Part shown: positions 19,127 to 29,091 of the stretch, piece by piece
Layout of the letters: each line of letters starts with the position of its first letter
Position numbering within the stretch: the stretch's first letter is position 1
Assembly: GCA_051003195.1 (NCBI GenBank)
Contig: JBPCLP010000013.1
Location: 1 to 64,000 of the forward strand
Source: Candidatus Sumerlaeaceae bacterium
Lineage (GTDB): Bacteria; Sumerlaeota; Sumerlaeia; Sumerlaeales; Sumerlaeaceae
Length of the DNA: 64,000 nucleotides
Reading direction: 5' to 3'
Notes under the pieces: generated by a model
Seen by the model: the letters and a program-made list of their open reading frames with translations, nothing else
Told to the model about the DNA's origin: nothing
Database searches by the model: none
Program-made: the position numbers and the translations under genes

Positions 19127-20077
19127 GTGAGTGAACCCACACCACCGCCTTCGAAACCCGGGACGGATTTGCGGCACCTGCGTCCATCGACGCTGCCGGA
19201 GATGCTGGATCGTGCGTTTGTGCTTCTGGGTAAACGTTTCGTGCTGCTGGCTGTTCTGGCGCTGGTGCCGGCAATGGCTGAGTTCGCAGTGGCACTGTTT
19301 CGAACCGTCGAGGACAGCCAAAGCTTATTGAGATGGCAGACGGCTGTTCCTGTTGCCCTCATGGTGGCCGGAGAGCTTGCGTACGCGGTTGCGATCGGCT
19401 GCTGTTTCCAGGCACTGCTTTTTCCAGGGCGGGTGCTGTCGGTTCGAGCGGTGGTACGTGCGACGGCGCCGCGGCTGCCGGCATTCCTGCTAACCCGGCT
19501 TCTTCTGCAACTGGTGCTGGGGGCTCTTCTACTGTTGATTCCTACAGTGCTTCTGCGAAGCGGCGTTGGGGGTTCGCTTAAGGCTGTTAATGCAATGCTT
19601 GCGGCCTGTTCGGTGCTGTTGGGGATCTGGCTTACGCTTTGCTGGGGACTGGTACCTGTTACGATCATCGTCGAACGCAAAGCCTTCATGCGTGGAACGC
19701 TGCGCGGCATGGAGCTGATGCAAACATCGTTCGGAAAGACCATGTGGAGGGATTCGGCGGTGCTGCGCGCCATTGCGGCGCTGATCCCCGTGGCGATTGC
19801 AGTGGTTACAGTGATTGCCGCCGCACAGGCGTGGAACGTTTATATGGCCAAGCCGCTGCTTAGCGTGCTCGACGTGGCAGGGGACCTGGAACGCCGAGCG
19901 GCATGTGTAACACGAGGAGTGATTTCGCTGCTTTGCATGCCGCTTATGGCGGCGATGCTCACGACGCTTTACGTGGAGTGCCGGATGCGCCGCGACGGAA
20001 TGGACTTCCAGGTAAGGTTAATCGAAAACAAAGCGACCATGCCCGACCTGGCCGCGGGTGAATTGCCGGATTGGTAA
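19127..20077 (+). CDS. multi-pass membrane protein of unknown function
   Basis: LRPSTLPEMLDRAF N-terminus and LYVECRMRRDGMDF C-terminus around 6-7 TM segments. Confidence 0.7.
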   Translation: MSEPTPPPSKPGTDLRHLRPSTLPEMLDRAFVLLGKRFVLLAVLALVPAMAEFAVALFRTVEDSQSLLRWQTAVPVALMVAGELAYAVAIGCCFQALLFPGRVLSVRAVVRATAPRLPAFLLTRLLLQLVLGALLLLIPTVLLRSGVGGSLKAVNAMLAACSVLLGIWLTLCWGLVPVTIIVERKAFMRGTLRGMELMQTSFGKTMWRDSAVLRAIAALIPVAIAVVTVIAAAQAWNVYMAKPLLSVLDVAGDLERRAACVTRGVISLLCMPLMAAMLTTLYVECRMRRDGMDFQVRLIENKATMPDLAAGELPDW

Positions 20078-20152
20078 ACTGTGCAGGCAAAGAAATAGCC
20101 GCGCATCTAAATGCTTGCCCCGGCGCAAGCGCGAACTAGCTTGGCCAGCGCA

Positions 20153-21367
20153 ATGCAGAAGAGTCTATACCGCAAGCTTGCGGATATCCATGCGAATCCC
20201 GCGACTTCGCGCGCCTTCATTCTCGCCGACGCGAAGGACGCGGATATGGCGCACGGGCTGCGCTCGCCCGGATCAAACACCGGGGCGGCGGCATGCGAGA
20301 AGCCGGCGGGGTGCTACCGCAGCCTTGCCGAATACCGGCAATTGATGCGCGACGTGACGCGGCAGGGGCTGGTGGACATCATGCTGATGAGCGCGTCGAG
20401 CAACGAGGTGCTGACGATCGAGGAGCGGATTTTCGATGGCAGCAGCGTCACACCCGCTGCGCGTGCAAACGACACGACGGACATTCACGTCGTGCGCGGC
20501 GGAAAGTATACCAGCCAGCCGAGCAGACCGTTCCGCACCGCGACAATAGACCAGATCCAGTGCGGAAAGGTGGACTGCACCGCGGATGAGCGGCGGCTGG
20601 GCGCGGACCTTGGTCTATATTCGATGACCTTTACGAACGACACGGAACTCGATCGCGAGACGCTGCTGCAGTACCGCGATTTCAGGATTGAAGCGGAGCG
20701 GAAAGGTTTCCGGCATTTCCTGGAGGTGTTTGACCCAAACGTTCCCGGCGCAGTTCCGCCTGACGAGCTGCCGCTGTTTATCGCGGATCACATCGCCCGG
20801 GTGCTGGCAGGAGTGCCCCGACGCGGGCGTCCAATTTTCCTGAAGATCGCATACCATGGCCCGGCCGCGATGGAAGCGCTGGTCAACTACGCACCCGACC
20901 TGGTGCCGGGTATCCTGGGAGGCGCGGCGGGCACAACTTTCGATGCATTTCACCAGTTGTGGGAAGCAAAAAAGTACGGGGCGCGGGCAGCGTTGTATGG
21001 ACGTAAGATTAACAACTCGGAACACCAACTCGCGTTTATCGAGTTCCTGCACCGGATCGCCAACGATGAGATTGGTCCGGAGGAAGCGGTGCGCGCTTAC
21101 CATGGCGTGTTGCAGAGCCTGAAGATTCAGCCGCAGCGGGAACTTGATGACGATCTACAACTCACGATCGTGGCGAGCAGTTACGCTGGAAGTGCACAGG
21201 AGAAGAAGAAAGCTGTCGTGACGAAGCCTGAGCCGACGAGTTCAAACGTGGCGCAGGCGCCGGGTGAATTTCGTGAGCTAAGCGATGAGGAAATCGGGCT
21301 GCTGTCGCGCGATGAGAAGATCGACTACAACCTGAGGCGGATGGACCACCTTTACGGAAGGCAATAG
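20153..21367 (+). CDS. uncharacterised aldolase-like TIM-barrel protein
   Basis: FILADAKDADM, VDIMLMS, HFLEVF, FLKIAY, GILGG, ALYGRKI pattern resembles class I aldolase folds; function not assignable. Confidence 0.55.
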   Translation: MQKSLYRKLADIHANPATSRAFILADAKDADMAHGLRSPGSNTGAAACEKPAGCYRSLAEYRQLMRDVTRQGLVDIMLMSASSNEVLTIEERIFDGSSVTPAARANDTTDIHVVRGGKYTSQPSRPFRTATIDQIQCGKVDCTADERRLGADLGLYSMTFTNDTELDRETLLQYRDFRIEAERKGFRHFLEVFDPNVPGAVPPDELPLFIADHIARVLAGVPRRGRPIFLKIAYHGPAAMEALVNYAPDLVPGILGGAAGTTFDAFHQLWEAKKYGARAALYGRKINNSEHQLAFIEFLHRIANDEIGPEEAVRAYHGVLQSLKIQPQRELDDDLQLTIVASSYAGSAQEKKKAVVTKPEPTSSNVAQAPGEFRELSDEEIGLLSRDEKIDYNLRRMDHLYGRQ

Positions 21368-21491
21368 TCGCTGACTTGGAGTGCGCCTCAGTGCGCGGCG
21401 GCGGCGATAGCTCGCGCTGTTCCTGCTGCAAGCCCTGCGTTCATTACATGGTCTGCTACAGACCAAAGGCCTTGGGAGCTGATCGGCTTCA

Positions 21492-22421
21492 CTATGTGCT
21501 GACGTCGTTAAGCACCTGTATGAACTCCTCTGGCGGCTCGAAATGGAGTTTCTTTTTCTCGATGCGCGAGGGAAGTATTGTGAACTGACCGTTGCGCCAC
21601 CAGTACAGGTTGGGGCTTATACTGCCGGGTCCTTCCTGGTACATTCCGTTGGCCATAATGAGCATCGACTGAATGGCAGCGACTGCGCTGGAATTATGCA
21701 CGGGATGAAAAACGACGGCGTGGCGGTGTGGCATAGCGACGAGTGCGCCGTGCTCCATGGAACCGGCAATGTGGCGATCCAGGCGCAACGCATGGGTAGC
21801 GGTATAGAAACTATCTCCAACCAGTGCCTGCAGCCGCGGACCATCGGGCACGTCGATGACTTCGAGTTTCACGGTTTCCTGTTCCAGCACGTTACTGAGG
21901 CCCAGTTCCAACAGTTCAGCATGCGAGAGGTTCCACGTGGCTGCATCTTCTTTTGGAATGCTCTGGATCGATGTTGGAAAATCGTAGGATAGCATGCCGA
22001 GCAAACCGGGCGCGAGCAGGCGGTGGATGGAATTCTCGCGCACGCCCGGTGGAAGGTCCTCAGGAAAAACGCGCATTTTGATCAGACCGCGTACAGTTTC
22101 AAAATTCGCTTTGTCGTTCTCGAATTCCGCCTGTTTCTGATGAGTGGAAAAAAGGTTGTCGAAATGCTGGTGGATGAGTGTTGGCCATTCCTCCGCGTTA
22201 CTCCTGTTGCACAGTTGCCCGAGGTTCTGCAACCCCATCTGCTCGGGTTTTGTCTCGTCTGCGTGAACAGACACTATTCCGTTGTTAATTGTGAAGGTAA
22301 GGCCGCGCCCATTCAGGTCGGCTTCGACGCCGCGAACAAAGTCACCGTATTGCCCGCTGTTAAAAAACCCCGCCCATTGCGGTACGTTTCGGCGCGAAAA
22401 GATCTTCGAGAAAAGTCCCAT
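21492..22421 (-). CDS. hypothetical protein, DUF1444/YtpQ-like
   Basis: MGLFSKIF start; MGLQNL, YDFPTSI, ELLELGLSNV, LVAMPHRH, ISPNLYWW. Confidence 0.55.
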   Translation of the reverse strand: MGLFSKIFSRRNVPQWAGFFNSGQYGDFVRGVEADLNGRGLTFTINNGIVSVHADETKPEQMGLQNLGQLCNRSNAEEWPTLIHQHFDNLFSTHQKQAEFENDKANFETVRGLIKMRVFPEDLPPGVRENSIHRLLAPGLLGMLSYDFPTSIQSIPKEDAATWNLSHAELLELGLSNVLEQETVKLEVIDVPDGPRLQALVGDSFYTATHALRLDRHIAGSMEHGALVAMPHRHAVVFHPVHNSSAVAAIQSMLIMANGMYQEGPGSISPNLYWWRNGQFTILPSRIEKKKLHFEPPEEFIQVLNDVST

Positions 22422-22518
22422 GTCGGCAGCGGCCGCATTGAGATGAGACTCGCAATCGAAAACCGCGGCTGCGATGGCCGGGCGAGACGCCACATGTTAT
22501 TTCGACGCGGCAAGTGTG

Positions 22519-23325
22519 TTAAACATCGCTCGCGCGGCGGCCGTAGTGATGTGCGTGGCCGTTGCCGACGATTTCGGCCGACTCGGCAGTTGTCAGCGCG
22601 ACCTGATAGAGCATGAAGCCGGGATGGTCGGGATTGTCCTGGCGCAGCAGCGGTAGCGACACGTTGTAAACGGGAATGCCGTCGTGCGTCTTGCCTTTGA
22701 GTGCGCCGCGGTGCGCGTGGCCATGGAAAACCACACGCACACCAAACCGGTTAATTGGCTCTTCAAGCCTGGTGGAGCCGAGAAATGCATACGTCTCGAG
22801 CGGCTCACCTTCAACCGTCTCGCGTATAGGCGAGTAGTGCAGCAGAACGATCTTGTGTGGCTCGTGTGCCTTGGCGAGGCCCCGTTCCAGTTTGATCGCT
22901 TCCTCCATGGCCTCGCGAACGAAGCCTTTGTTAGCTTCTTCTCCCCAGGGTTCAAGCATGCGCCTGCCGAACCCGCCGCCAAATCCCTTCACGCCGACTA
23001 TGGATACGCCCTCGTGATCAAAGCTTTCGCCGTCGAGAACGTGCACGCCTGCATCGCGCAGAATGTGCGACAGCTCCTCCTGTTTTCCCGATTCAAAATC
23101 GTGATTACCGAGGACCGTGACGATCGGTACTTTCATTGCGCGGCCGAGTTCCTTCACGAGTATATGCGCTTCCTCGGGGAGGCCGTAATCGGTTATGTCG
23201 CCGGCCAGCAGAATAATGTCGGCCTGGTCGGCCATGTGCGCAAAGTAATTGGCCATGGCCCCCTGCGACATGCGCGTGCAGTGCACGTCGCCGACGGCGG
23301 CAATGTTGAGGACTTCCTTAGTCAT
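22519..23325 (-). CDS. calcineurin-like metallophosphoesterase
   Basis: GDVH, AGDIT, LGNHD, LLHYSP, HGHAH; overlaps stop of upstream gene. Confidence 0.9.
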   Translation of the reverse strand: MTKEVLNIAAVGDVHCTRMSQGAMANYFAHMADQADIILLAGDITDYGLPEEAHILVKELGRAMKVPIVTVLGNHDFESGKQEELSHILRDAGVHVLDGESFDHEGVSIVGVKGFGGGFGRRMLEPWGEEANKGFVREAMEEAIKLERGLAKAHEPHKIVLLHYSPIRETVEGEPLETYAFLGSTRLEEPINRFGVRVVFHGHAHRGALKGKTHDGIPVYNVSLPLLRQDNPDHPGFMLYQVALTTAESAEIVGNGHAHHYGRRASDV

Positions 23326-24151
23326 GATGGGCGTTTCCGTCCTTCTCGATTCCCGCGGTCCACAATGCGATGTCGTCGTCACTCATTTGTACTTCGGGGT
23401 TACGACGTACGTCCCGGTAGCCCCACTGGTGGATGTCGATGAGGTATTGCTGCCGGCTGAGCAGAGTGCCACGACATAACCTGCCAGAGCCATTCAGTTG
23501 CGGTGCGAGGAGTTCCTGCTTGAGCCTGCCACTGAATTCGTGCATGACCCGAGCCGGAATGCGGTGGCGCTCGGTGGGATAAATATATCCGAAGAGCACC
23601 AGGTGGGAAAACAGGACGCGCCAGTTATCTGCAAAGCGGGCGAGTAGCCGGTCCCAGTCCAGCTTGTCTGCGCATGCCTGAAGGAAATGTGCAACGTCGG
23701 CAACATCGCAGCGTTCGCGCTCCAGGATGAAAGATTTTTGCCATAGGATTTCTTCCGTCGGGCAGACGAGCATCTCCATGCCCAGGATTGTCTCGGTGCG
23801 GGAGTGACGGAACCATTCCTCATCGACGCGTGCGACCCCGTTGCCCGAGCTGAAGATGAGATCGATGAAATCGCCGTTTGGGCCGAAGGCTTTGCCGAGC
23901 CAGTGGGGGAACGTAAACTCGGTTCGGCAGCCGATGGAAGCCAGTACCTCAAGCGCGCGATGGATGTCGCCGGGCCGAATGAAAAGATCGAAATCCTTCG
24001 TGTGGCGTTCGATGCCCGTGGCGCTGCCCAGTGCATAGGCGCCGCCGACCATGAAGGGCACATCGGCATCAAACAGCGCCTGTGCCCCTGCACGGTAGAA
24101 CTTGCGCGTCTCCTCAGGAAGAAAGGCTGCCGGGTCGGTGGTCAACGCCAT
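23318..24151 (-). CDS. nucleotidyltransferase family protein (Pol-beta superfamily)
   Basis: PFMVGGAYAL..RHTKDFDLF (GG..DxD) and FIDLIF. Confidence 0.85.
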   Translation of the reverse strand: MALTTDPAAFLPEETRKFYRAGAQALFDADVPFMVGGAYALGSATGIERHTKDFDLFIRPGDIHRALEVLASIGCRTEFTFPHWLGKAFGPNGDFIDLIFSSGNGVARVDEEWFRHSRTETILGMEMLVCPTEEILWQKSFILERERCDVADVAHFLQACADKLDWDRLLARFADNWRVLFSHLVLFGYIYPTERHRIPARVMHEFSGRLKQELLAPQLNGSGRLCRGTLLSRQQYLIDIHQWGYRDVRRNPEVQMSDDDIALWTAGIEKDGNAHHD

Positions 24152-24210
24152 GGTCTATCCTACCTCATCGTATGCGCCACCGGGATGACGGCAGCGTAGC
24201 GGCTAAAGAG

Positions 24211-24226
24211 AGCAAACGATGGGCCA
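24211..24226 (-). promoter_or_regulatory. sigma-54-type -24/-12 promoter
   Basis: Minus strand TGGCCC-ATCGT-TTGCT, about 60 bp upstream of the nucleotidyltransferase. Confidence 0.65.
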
Positions 24227-24272
24227 GCGGGGCACGGTTCAGGGGTTCCAGTTCAAGCGTCGAAATTGGCGC

Positions 24273-24304
24273 AAAAAAAAAAGCGGGCCCCTGAAGGGCC
24301 CGCT
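24273..24304 (-). terminator. intrinsic terminator
   Basis: AGCGGGCCC/GGGCCCGCT stem with a long T-run on the minus strand. Confidence 0.9.
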
Positions 24305-24326
24305 GTATTTTTATATTCCATCCCGA

Positions 24327-24851
24327 TCAGGGAATGGGCTCGCTGACGACTACGTTGTTCAGCTCGTTGGACTCACTGGTGGTGTTGTCCGCGTCAAGCA
24401 GCGCAATGACGTACTGCCCACTGTGTGCTGCCAACTGCTTGAGCAGGCCGCCACCAACCGTGCGCTTCTTGGTCTTCTTGGCCTTTACTGTTCCAAGCGC
24501 TACGCGATGGATGAGGCTGTCAGTCGTGGAGCTCAATTCGTCCGGCGTTGTTGTCAACGTTGTGTCGTCGGACAGATAGAATTCCACACGGCTGTTCTTG
24601 GCGTCGTCGCCACCCTGGTTACGAACCGTTAACGTCAGGTTATTCACGGTACACGTGGTGGCGTCGCACTTGGTCTTAAAGACGATACTGACACCGGTCA
24701 GGTCTGCACCAGTTCCGTCGCCTTTGTTCCCGCCGGCGTTACCATTTCCGCCGCCAACACCTTCGGGCTTCTTAGCCGACAGAAGTGCGGGCGATGCGGC
24801 TACACACACGATGGTGAGCGCTGCCAATGCTTTGCTTTGCCATGAAAGCAT
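24327..24851 (-). CDS. secreted CARDB-domain protein
   Basis: Signal peptide; ADL..TVRNQG..VEFYLSDD..DADNTTSESNELNN. Confidence 0.8.
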   Translation of the reverse strand: MLSWQSKALAALTIVCVAASPALLSAKKPEGVGGGNGNAGGNKGDGTGADLTGVSIVFKTKCDATTCTVNNLTLTVRNQGGDDAKNSRVEFYLSDDTTLTTTPDELSSTTDSLIHRVALGTVKAKKTKKRTVGGGLLKQLAAHSGQYVIALLDADNTTSESNELNNVVVSEPIP

Positions 24852-25156
24852 GTTACTCCTCCTTAGTTTTCAAAGAACTATTCCAGCTCAATGCTGGCCT
24901 ACTCATGTGTATGACAGCTCGGGGCTTGTAAAGCATAAAATCGCACATGCTGGAGCGAAAAGGGCAAGGAATGGACCAATTTCGAGCCTGACGAACGTGA
25001 AGGTGCTGATGAGTCGGAGGCAGTGGCTGAGGAGCCTGGCTGGTAAAAATCGTGTTCAGGTGGAAGTTTTTCAAGGGGACACCGGTATGCTGTGTCTTCG
25101 CGGGCATATCCTTGGCGAAGAAGCCGTTTGGCTTGAACCTGGATTCGAGGTGTTTT

Positions 25157-27493
25157 GTGACGGTCTCCCGCGTTGTTGGTCGCTGCCTTTGCTGTATTTA
25201 CCTGCTGATTGCCTGTGGATGGGGCAGTGCCCAGACAACGGTGCGGATCGTTGCGTCGAACGTCACGAGCGGGAACTTTCAGTCGTACCAGACCGCTGGT
25301 ATTAATATCCTTAAGGCGCTGGCGCCTGATGTCTGCCTCATGCAGGAGTTCAACGTACACACGGTTTCGGGAGGGGCAAACGACACGGCGGCGGTGAACA
25401 GCTTCGTCTCTGCAAATTTCGGAGCGGGGTTCTCCTGGTACCGCGAGAGTGAGGTCAGTGATAGTATACCTAACGGCATCGTTAGCCGATATCCTATACT
25501 AGCTTCGGGCGAATGGACCGACACCAGCGGTGGGGGGACGAACCGCGATTTTGCATATGCCCGTATCGACATTCCCGGTCCGATTGATCTATACGCCATT
25601 AGCGTGCATCTTTGGGGCAACGGCGGTTCTTCCGGACGAAATGCGGAGGCACAGGCCATAATGAACACCTATATTCCTTCGCTTGGAATCCCGGCAAATG
25701 CCTACGTCGTTATCGGTGGCGACCTGAACACCGACAACCGCAGCGAGTCGTGTATCGCGACATTTAGCAGTGGTTTCGTCACCGGGTCGCCCTATCCTAT
25801 CGGGCAGGATGGCGATCCCGATACGAATTTGGGGCGCACTAGTCCGTACGACTGGGTTATTCCCAATTCGAATTTGAACGCGATCAAAACCACGACGACC
25901 TACGGTTCTTTCAGCTACACGAATGGCTTGGTATTTGACACGCGCGACTTTACGCAGGCGCAACTGGACGGTAGCTTCTCGCCGACGCAGGTCGCGAACA
26001 GCGGCGATACGCAGATGCAGCACATGGCCGTTGTTCGCACCTTCGTTATTCCGTCCAGCACGCCCACTTCCAACGGCGACACGGTTACTATCAGCTCGAC
26101 CGATCGCGCACCTGCGACTGCGCAGATCGGAAACAGTGCACCGATGCTGTCCGTCAGCGTGACCGCCGCGACCAACGAGTGGGACGTCGGGACGATTCGG
26201 TTCAACCGGCTGGGTACAACGCCCGATGCAACCGTTGCGGCAAAAGTTTACCTGGACGCGAACAACAATGGCGTGGTCGACGCCGGGGAAACGCAGATCG
26301 GCTCGGGCAGCTTTGTAGCGGGCACGACGAACATTACCCTCAGCCCGTCGCCGCGCGCGACACCCGGCTCACCCGCACGCCTGCTCGGTGTGCTGTCGGT
26401 GCTGAATACCGCCACGTCCGGAAGCACGATGCAGCTGCAACTGGCGGCGAATGGAATTACACACGCGTCCAGTGGCGGTGCAGATTCGGACCCGACCTAT
26501 TCCGCGAGCAGCTCTGGCGTGACTACGATTGTGTCGGCGCCTGCAGTGCCGGTGGTTTCCGGGAGCAGTGTGGTGTTAAACAAATATTTTAAGGGCGCGA
26601 CAGCGTCTGCCCAAGCTGTAGAGCTGCTGGTGGTGCAGGACCACCTCGATATGCGCAACATGATACTGAAGGATTTTTCGGCAAGCATGGCCAACGACAA
26701 TGGCGGAAAGTATACATTCAGCACTGCTTCATTATGGAGTGACGTTCGTGCGGGGACTCTCATTGTCCTCCGCAACGGCGGTAGTTCCACGGATACCAAC
26801 GCGTCCGATTACAAGCTGGATATTAGCCTTACGGATTCCAGCTACTTCGGCCCCGTTGTACTTGCTTTCGATATCTCTGGGGCTGAACTCGTCATGATTA
26901 AATCGGCAGGTTCTGGCACCAGTGGAGTCGCGGGCAATATTCACACGCTGGCGGGCGGGACGGCCGGTGCGCAATACACGGCGATCAATACCGGTGCAAA
27001 GCTGCGTGCGACTGCAACTGTGGCCACCGGTGAGTATGTGATTGTCGACAACCAGTGGACGACGAACACGTCGCTGTTGTCCAATTTCAGCGATGGTGGC
27101 GGCTTCGCATACGGTGCGGTCACGACTGCAACATTGGGCTCAGCGAACGGTCCAGCCAACCAGAACTTCATCACTTTCCTGCGCGGCCCGTCGCCGCTGC
27201 CGGCGGACCAGGTAACTGGCAATGGATTCCAGGCGAACTGGAATGCGCTGGTGACTGCCGTCAATTACCGACTCGATGTTGCGACGGACGCTGCATTCAA
27301 CAGTCCTGTGCCGGGCTACAATAATGTGGAAGTGAGCGGCACGTCTGCGACCGTGGGCGGCCTGAGCGGAAGCAGCACGTACTATTATCGTGTGCGTGGC
27401 GTGAACGCGGAGGGGACGCCAAGCGGCTCGGGTGCGTCGATGAGCGTGACAACCACCGCCGGTGTTCCTGACTGGAGCTTGTACGGGAACTGA
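25157..27493 (+). CDS. secreted endonuclease/exonuclease/phosphatase-family protein with LTD-like and FN3 domains
   Basis: VASNV, PDVCLMQE, SRYPI, SVHL, GGDLN, YDWV; C-terminal FN3 (TYYYRVRGVN); ends AGVPDWSLYGN; GTG 25157 preceded by GAGG. Confidence 0.85.
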   Translation: MTVSRVVGRCLCCIYLLIACGWGSAQTTVRIVASNVTSGNFQSYQTAGINILKALAPDVCLMQEFNVHTVSGGANDTAAVNSFVSANFGAGFSWYRESEVSDSIPNGIVSRYPILASGEWTDTSGGGTNRDFAYARIDIPGPIDLYAISVHLWGNGGSSGRNAEAQAIMNTYIPSLGIPANAYVVIGGDLNTDNRSESCIATFSSGFVTGSPYPIGQDGDPDTNLGRTSPYDWVIPNSNLNAIKTTTTYGSFSYTNGLVFDTRDFTQAQLDGSFSPTQVANSGDTQMQHMAVVRTFVIPSSTPTSNGDTVTISSTDRAPATAQIGNSAPMLSVSVTAATNEWDVGTIRFNRLGTTPDATVAAKVYLDANNNGVVDAGETQIGSGSFVAGTTNITLSPSPRATPGSPARLLGVLSVLNTATSGSTMQLQLAANGITHASSGGADSDPTYSASSSGVTTIVSAPAVPVVSGSSVVLNKYFKGATASAQAVELLVVQDHLDMRNMILKDFSASMANDNGGKYTFSTASLWSDVRAGTLIVLRNGGSSTDTNASDYKLDISLTDSSYFGPVVLAFDISGAELVMIKSAGSGTSGVAGNIHTLAGGTAGAQYTAINTGAKLRATATVATGEYVIVDNQWTTNTSLLSNFSDGGGFAYGAVTTATLGSANGPANQNFITFLRGPSPLPADQVTGNGFQANWNALVTAVNYRLDVATDAAFNSPVPGYNNVEVSGTSATVGGLSGSSTYYYRVRGVNAEGTPSGSGASMSVTTTAGVPDWSLYGN

Positions 27494-27521
27494 AGTCAGG
27501 TTCAGGGTTAGGTGCGAGGCT

Positions 27522-27629
27522 GGGTGGGCTGGTCGGCTCCTTAACAGTCGCGGTGCCGATTCAAGCTGTGCCGATTGTCGCGATGGGCGGGGTGGGCTGG
27601 TCGGCTCCTTAACAGTCGCGGTGCCGATT
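27522..27629. repeat. two identical 40-bp direct repeats, REP-like
   Basis: GGGTGGGCTGGTCGGCTCCTTAACAGTCGCGGTGCCGATT at 27522..27561 and 27590..27629, with extra GTGCCGATT sub-copies. Confidence 0.85.
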
Positions 27630-27719
27630 GTGGCGGTGCCGATTCAAGCGGTCGCGATGAAGCATGCCTGGGGGGCAATAGGCTGTTCTTAGCGCTTGCG
27701 TGCGGAACAAACGGTGTTC

Positions 27720-29039
27720 ATGAGCAGCCGGATGGAAAATACATCTGCGGATGGGAACGCAAGTAAGCCGAATCCGAAGCTGATGTCGCGCCTGTGGTGG
27801 CGGTGGGAACGGACACCGCTGTATGCAAGAATTGCCGGCGGGCTTGTTCTGGGTGTGATCGCCGGCTTGCTCTTTAAGTCGCATGCGGCGCCACTGGACG
27901 TACCGGCGAAGCTGGTGCTGCGGCTGCTTGGAGCACTGGCTCCACCACTGATCCTCGTCGCTGTCATTCGTGCAATGCTGACGGCTCATATTCCCGGCCG
28001 CGTTGCAGGGCGCATGGCTTACCTGCTCATGCTGAATACCGTTGTCGCGATCCTCATAGGGCTTGCGATAGCCAACATTGTTAAGCCTGGACGGTGGGCG
28101 CACAAGGAACAGTTTCACGAGGAGACTTCGAAAAAAGCGGCGAGCGGCGTGTGGGCCATGTTGATGGACAACATTCCGACCAGCCTGGTGAAGCCTCTCG
28201 CGGAAAACCAGGTGATCGGAGTGATTCTTATCGCGCTGGCTTTTGGCATTGCGATGCGGCGGCTGCGACATTTGCCGATGACCAGCGTCGGCGAGATTAT
28301 TGAGATGTTGTTCCAGGCGATCCTGATTGTTCTGCACTGGATTATTAACGTGGTTCCGCTGGCGGTGTTTGGAATTGTCGCGAGCATCGTGGGAGTAAAA
28401 GGCTTCCAGGATTTCTATGCGCTGGGTGCGTTCGTGATGGCGGTAATCCTGGCACTGGTGCTGCAGGCATCGTGGTACCTCGTGCGCATTCGATTTGGGT
28501 CGTGGGTGCGTCCGCCGAGTTTACTGCGTGGGATGCGCGATGCGCTGATTATGGCGTTCTCGACCGGAAGTTCGACCGCAACGATGCCTGTTACATACGA
28601 GTGCCTCACGCGCAAGGTAGGGCTGAGGCCCGAGTCGGCAAGTCTTGGATCGCTGGTCGGTTCGAATTTTAACAACGACGGCACCGCGTTGTACGAAGCC
28701 ATGGCGGCGCTGTTCATCAGTCAGGTCATTGGAATGCAGCTGACGCTGGGGCAACAGGTCACGGTGATCCTGACGTCGATTATTGCGTCGGTTGGTGCGG
28801 CGGGTATACCCGAGGCCGGCCTTGTGACGATGACGCTGGTGTTTACGGCGGTTGGATTGCCGGTGAAATACATCGCGATTTTGCTGACGGTGGACTGGTT
28901 CCTGGACCGGTGCCGCACGACGATTAACGTGATGGGTGATGTGAACGTGAGCTGCCTGCTGGACGGGAAGGTGCGGGACACCACCCGCATAGAGCCAACG
29001 CCAGTGAGTATCGTGGAGCCGGCGCCGCGCGTGGCGTGA
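27720..29039 (+). CDS. dicarboxylate/amino acid:cation symporter (DAACS, GltP/DctA family)
   Basis: AFSTGSSTATMP, NFNNDGTALYE, SVGAAGIP, DWFLDRCRT. Confidence 0.93.
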   Translation: MSSRMENTSADGNASKPNPKLMSRLWWRWERTPLYARIAGGLVLGVIAGLLFKSHAAPLDVPAKLVLRLLGALAPPLILVAVIRAMLTAHIPGRVAGRMAYLLMLNTVVAILIGLAIANIVKPGRWAHKEQFHEETSKKAASGVWAMLMDNIPTSLVKPLAENQVIGVILIALAFGIAMRRLRHLPMTSVGEIIEMLFQAILIVLHWIINVVPLAVFGIVASIVGVKGFQDFYALGAFVMAVILALVLQASWYLVRIRFGSWVRPPSLLRGMRDALIMAFSTGSSTATMPVTYECLTRKVGLRPESASLGSLVGSNFNNDGTALYEAMAALFISQVIGMQLTLGQQVTVILTSIIASVGAAGIPEAGLVTMTLVFTAVGLPVKYIAILLTVDWFLDRCRTTINVMGDVNVSCLLDGKVRDTTRIEPTPVSIVEPAPRVA

Positions 29040-29091
29040 TGTCGGCTGGTAAGACGCGGCTGTTAGCCCATGCTGAAACCGGACTCGGGAG

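Noticed and set aside
20050..20077. C-terminus GELPDW as a member of the Trp-tail family
   Set aside because: Polytopic membrane protein without signal peptide and lacks the x-[IL]-Y ending.
27522..27629. Possible CRISPR array
   Set aside because: Only two repeats, the 28-bp spacer is built from repeat fragments, and there are no cas genes.
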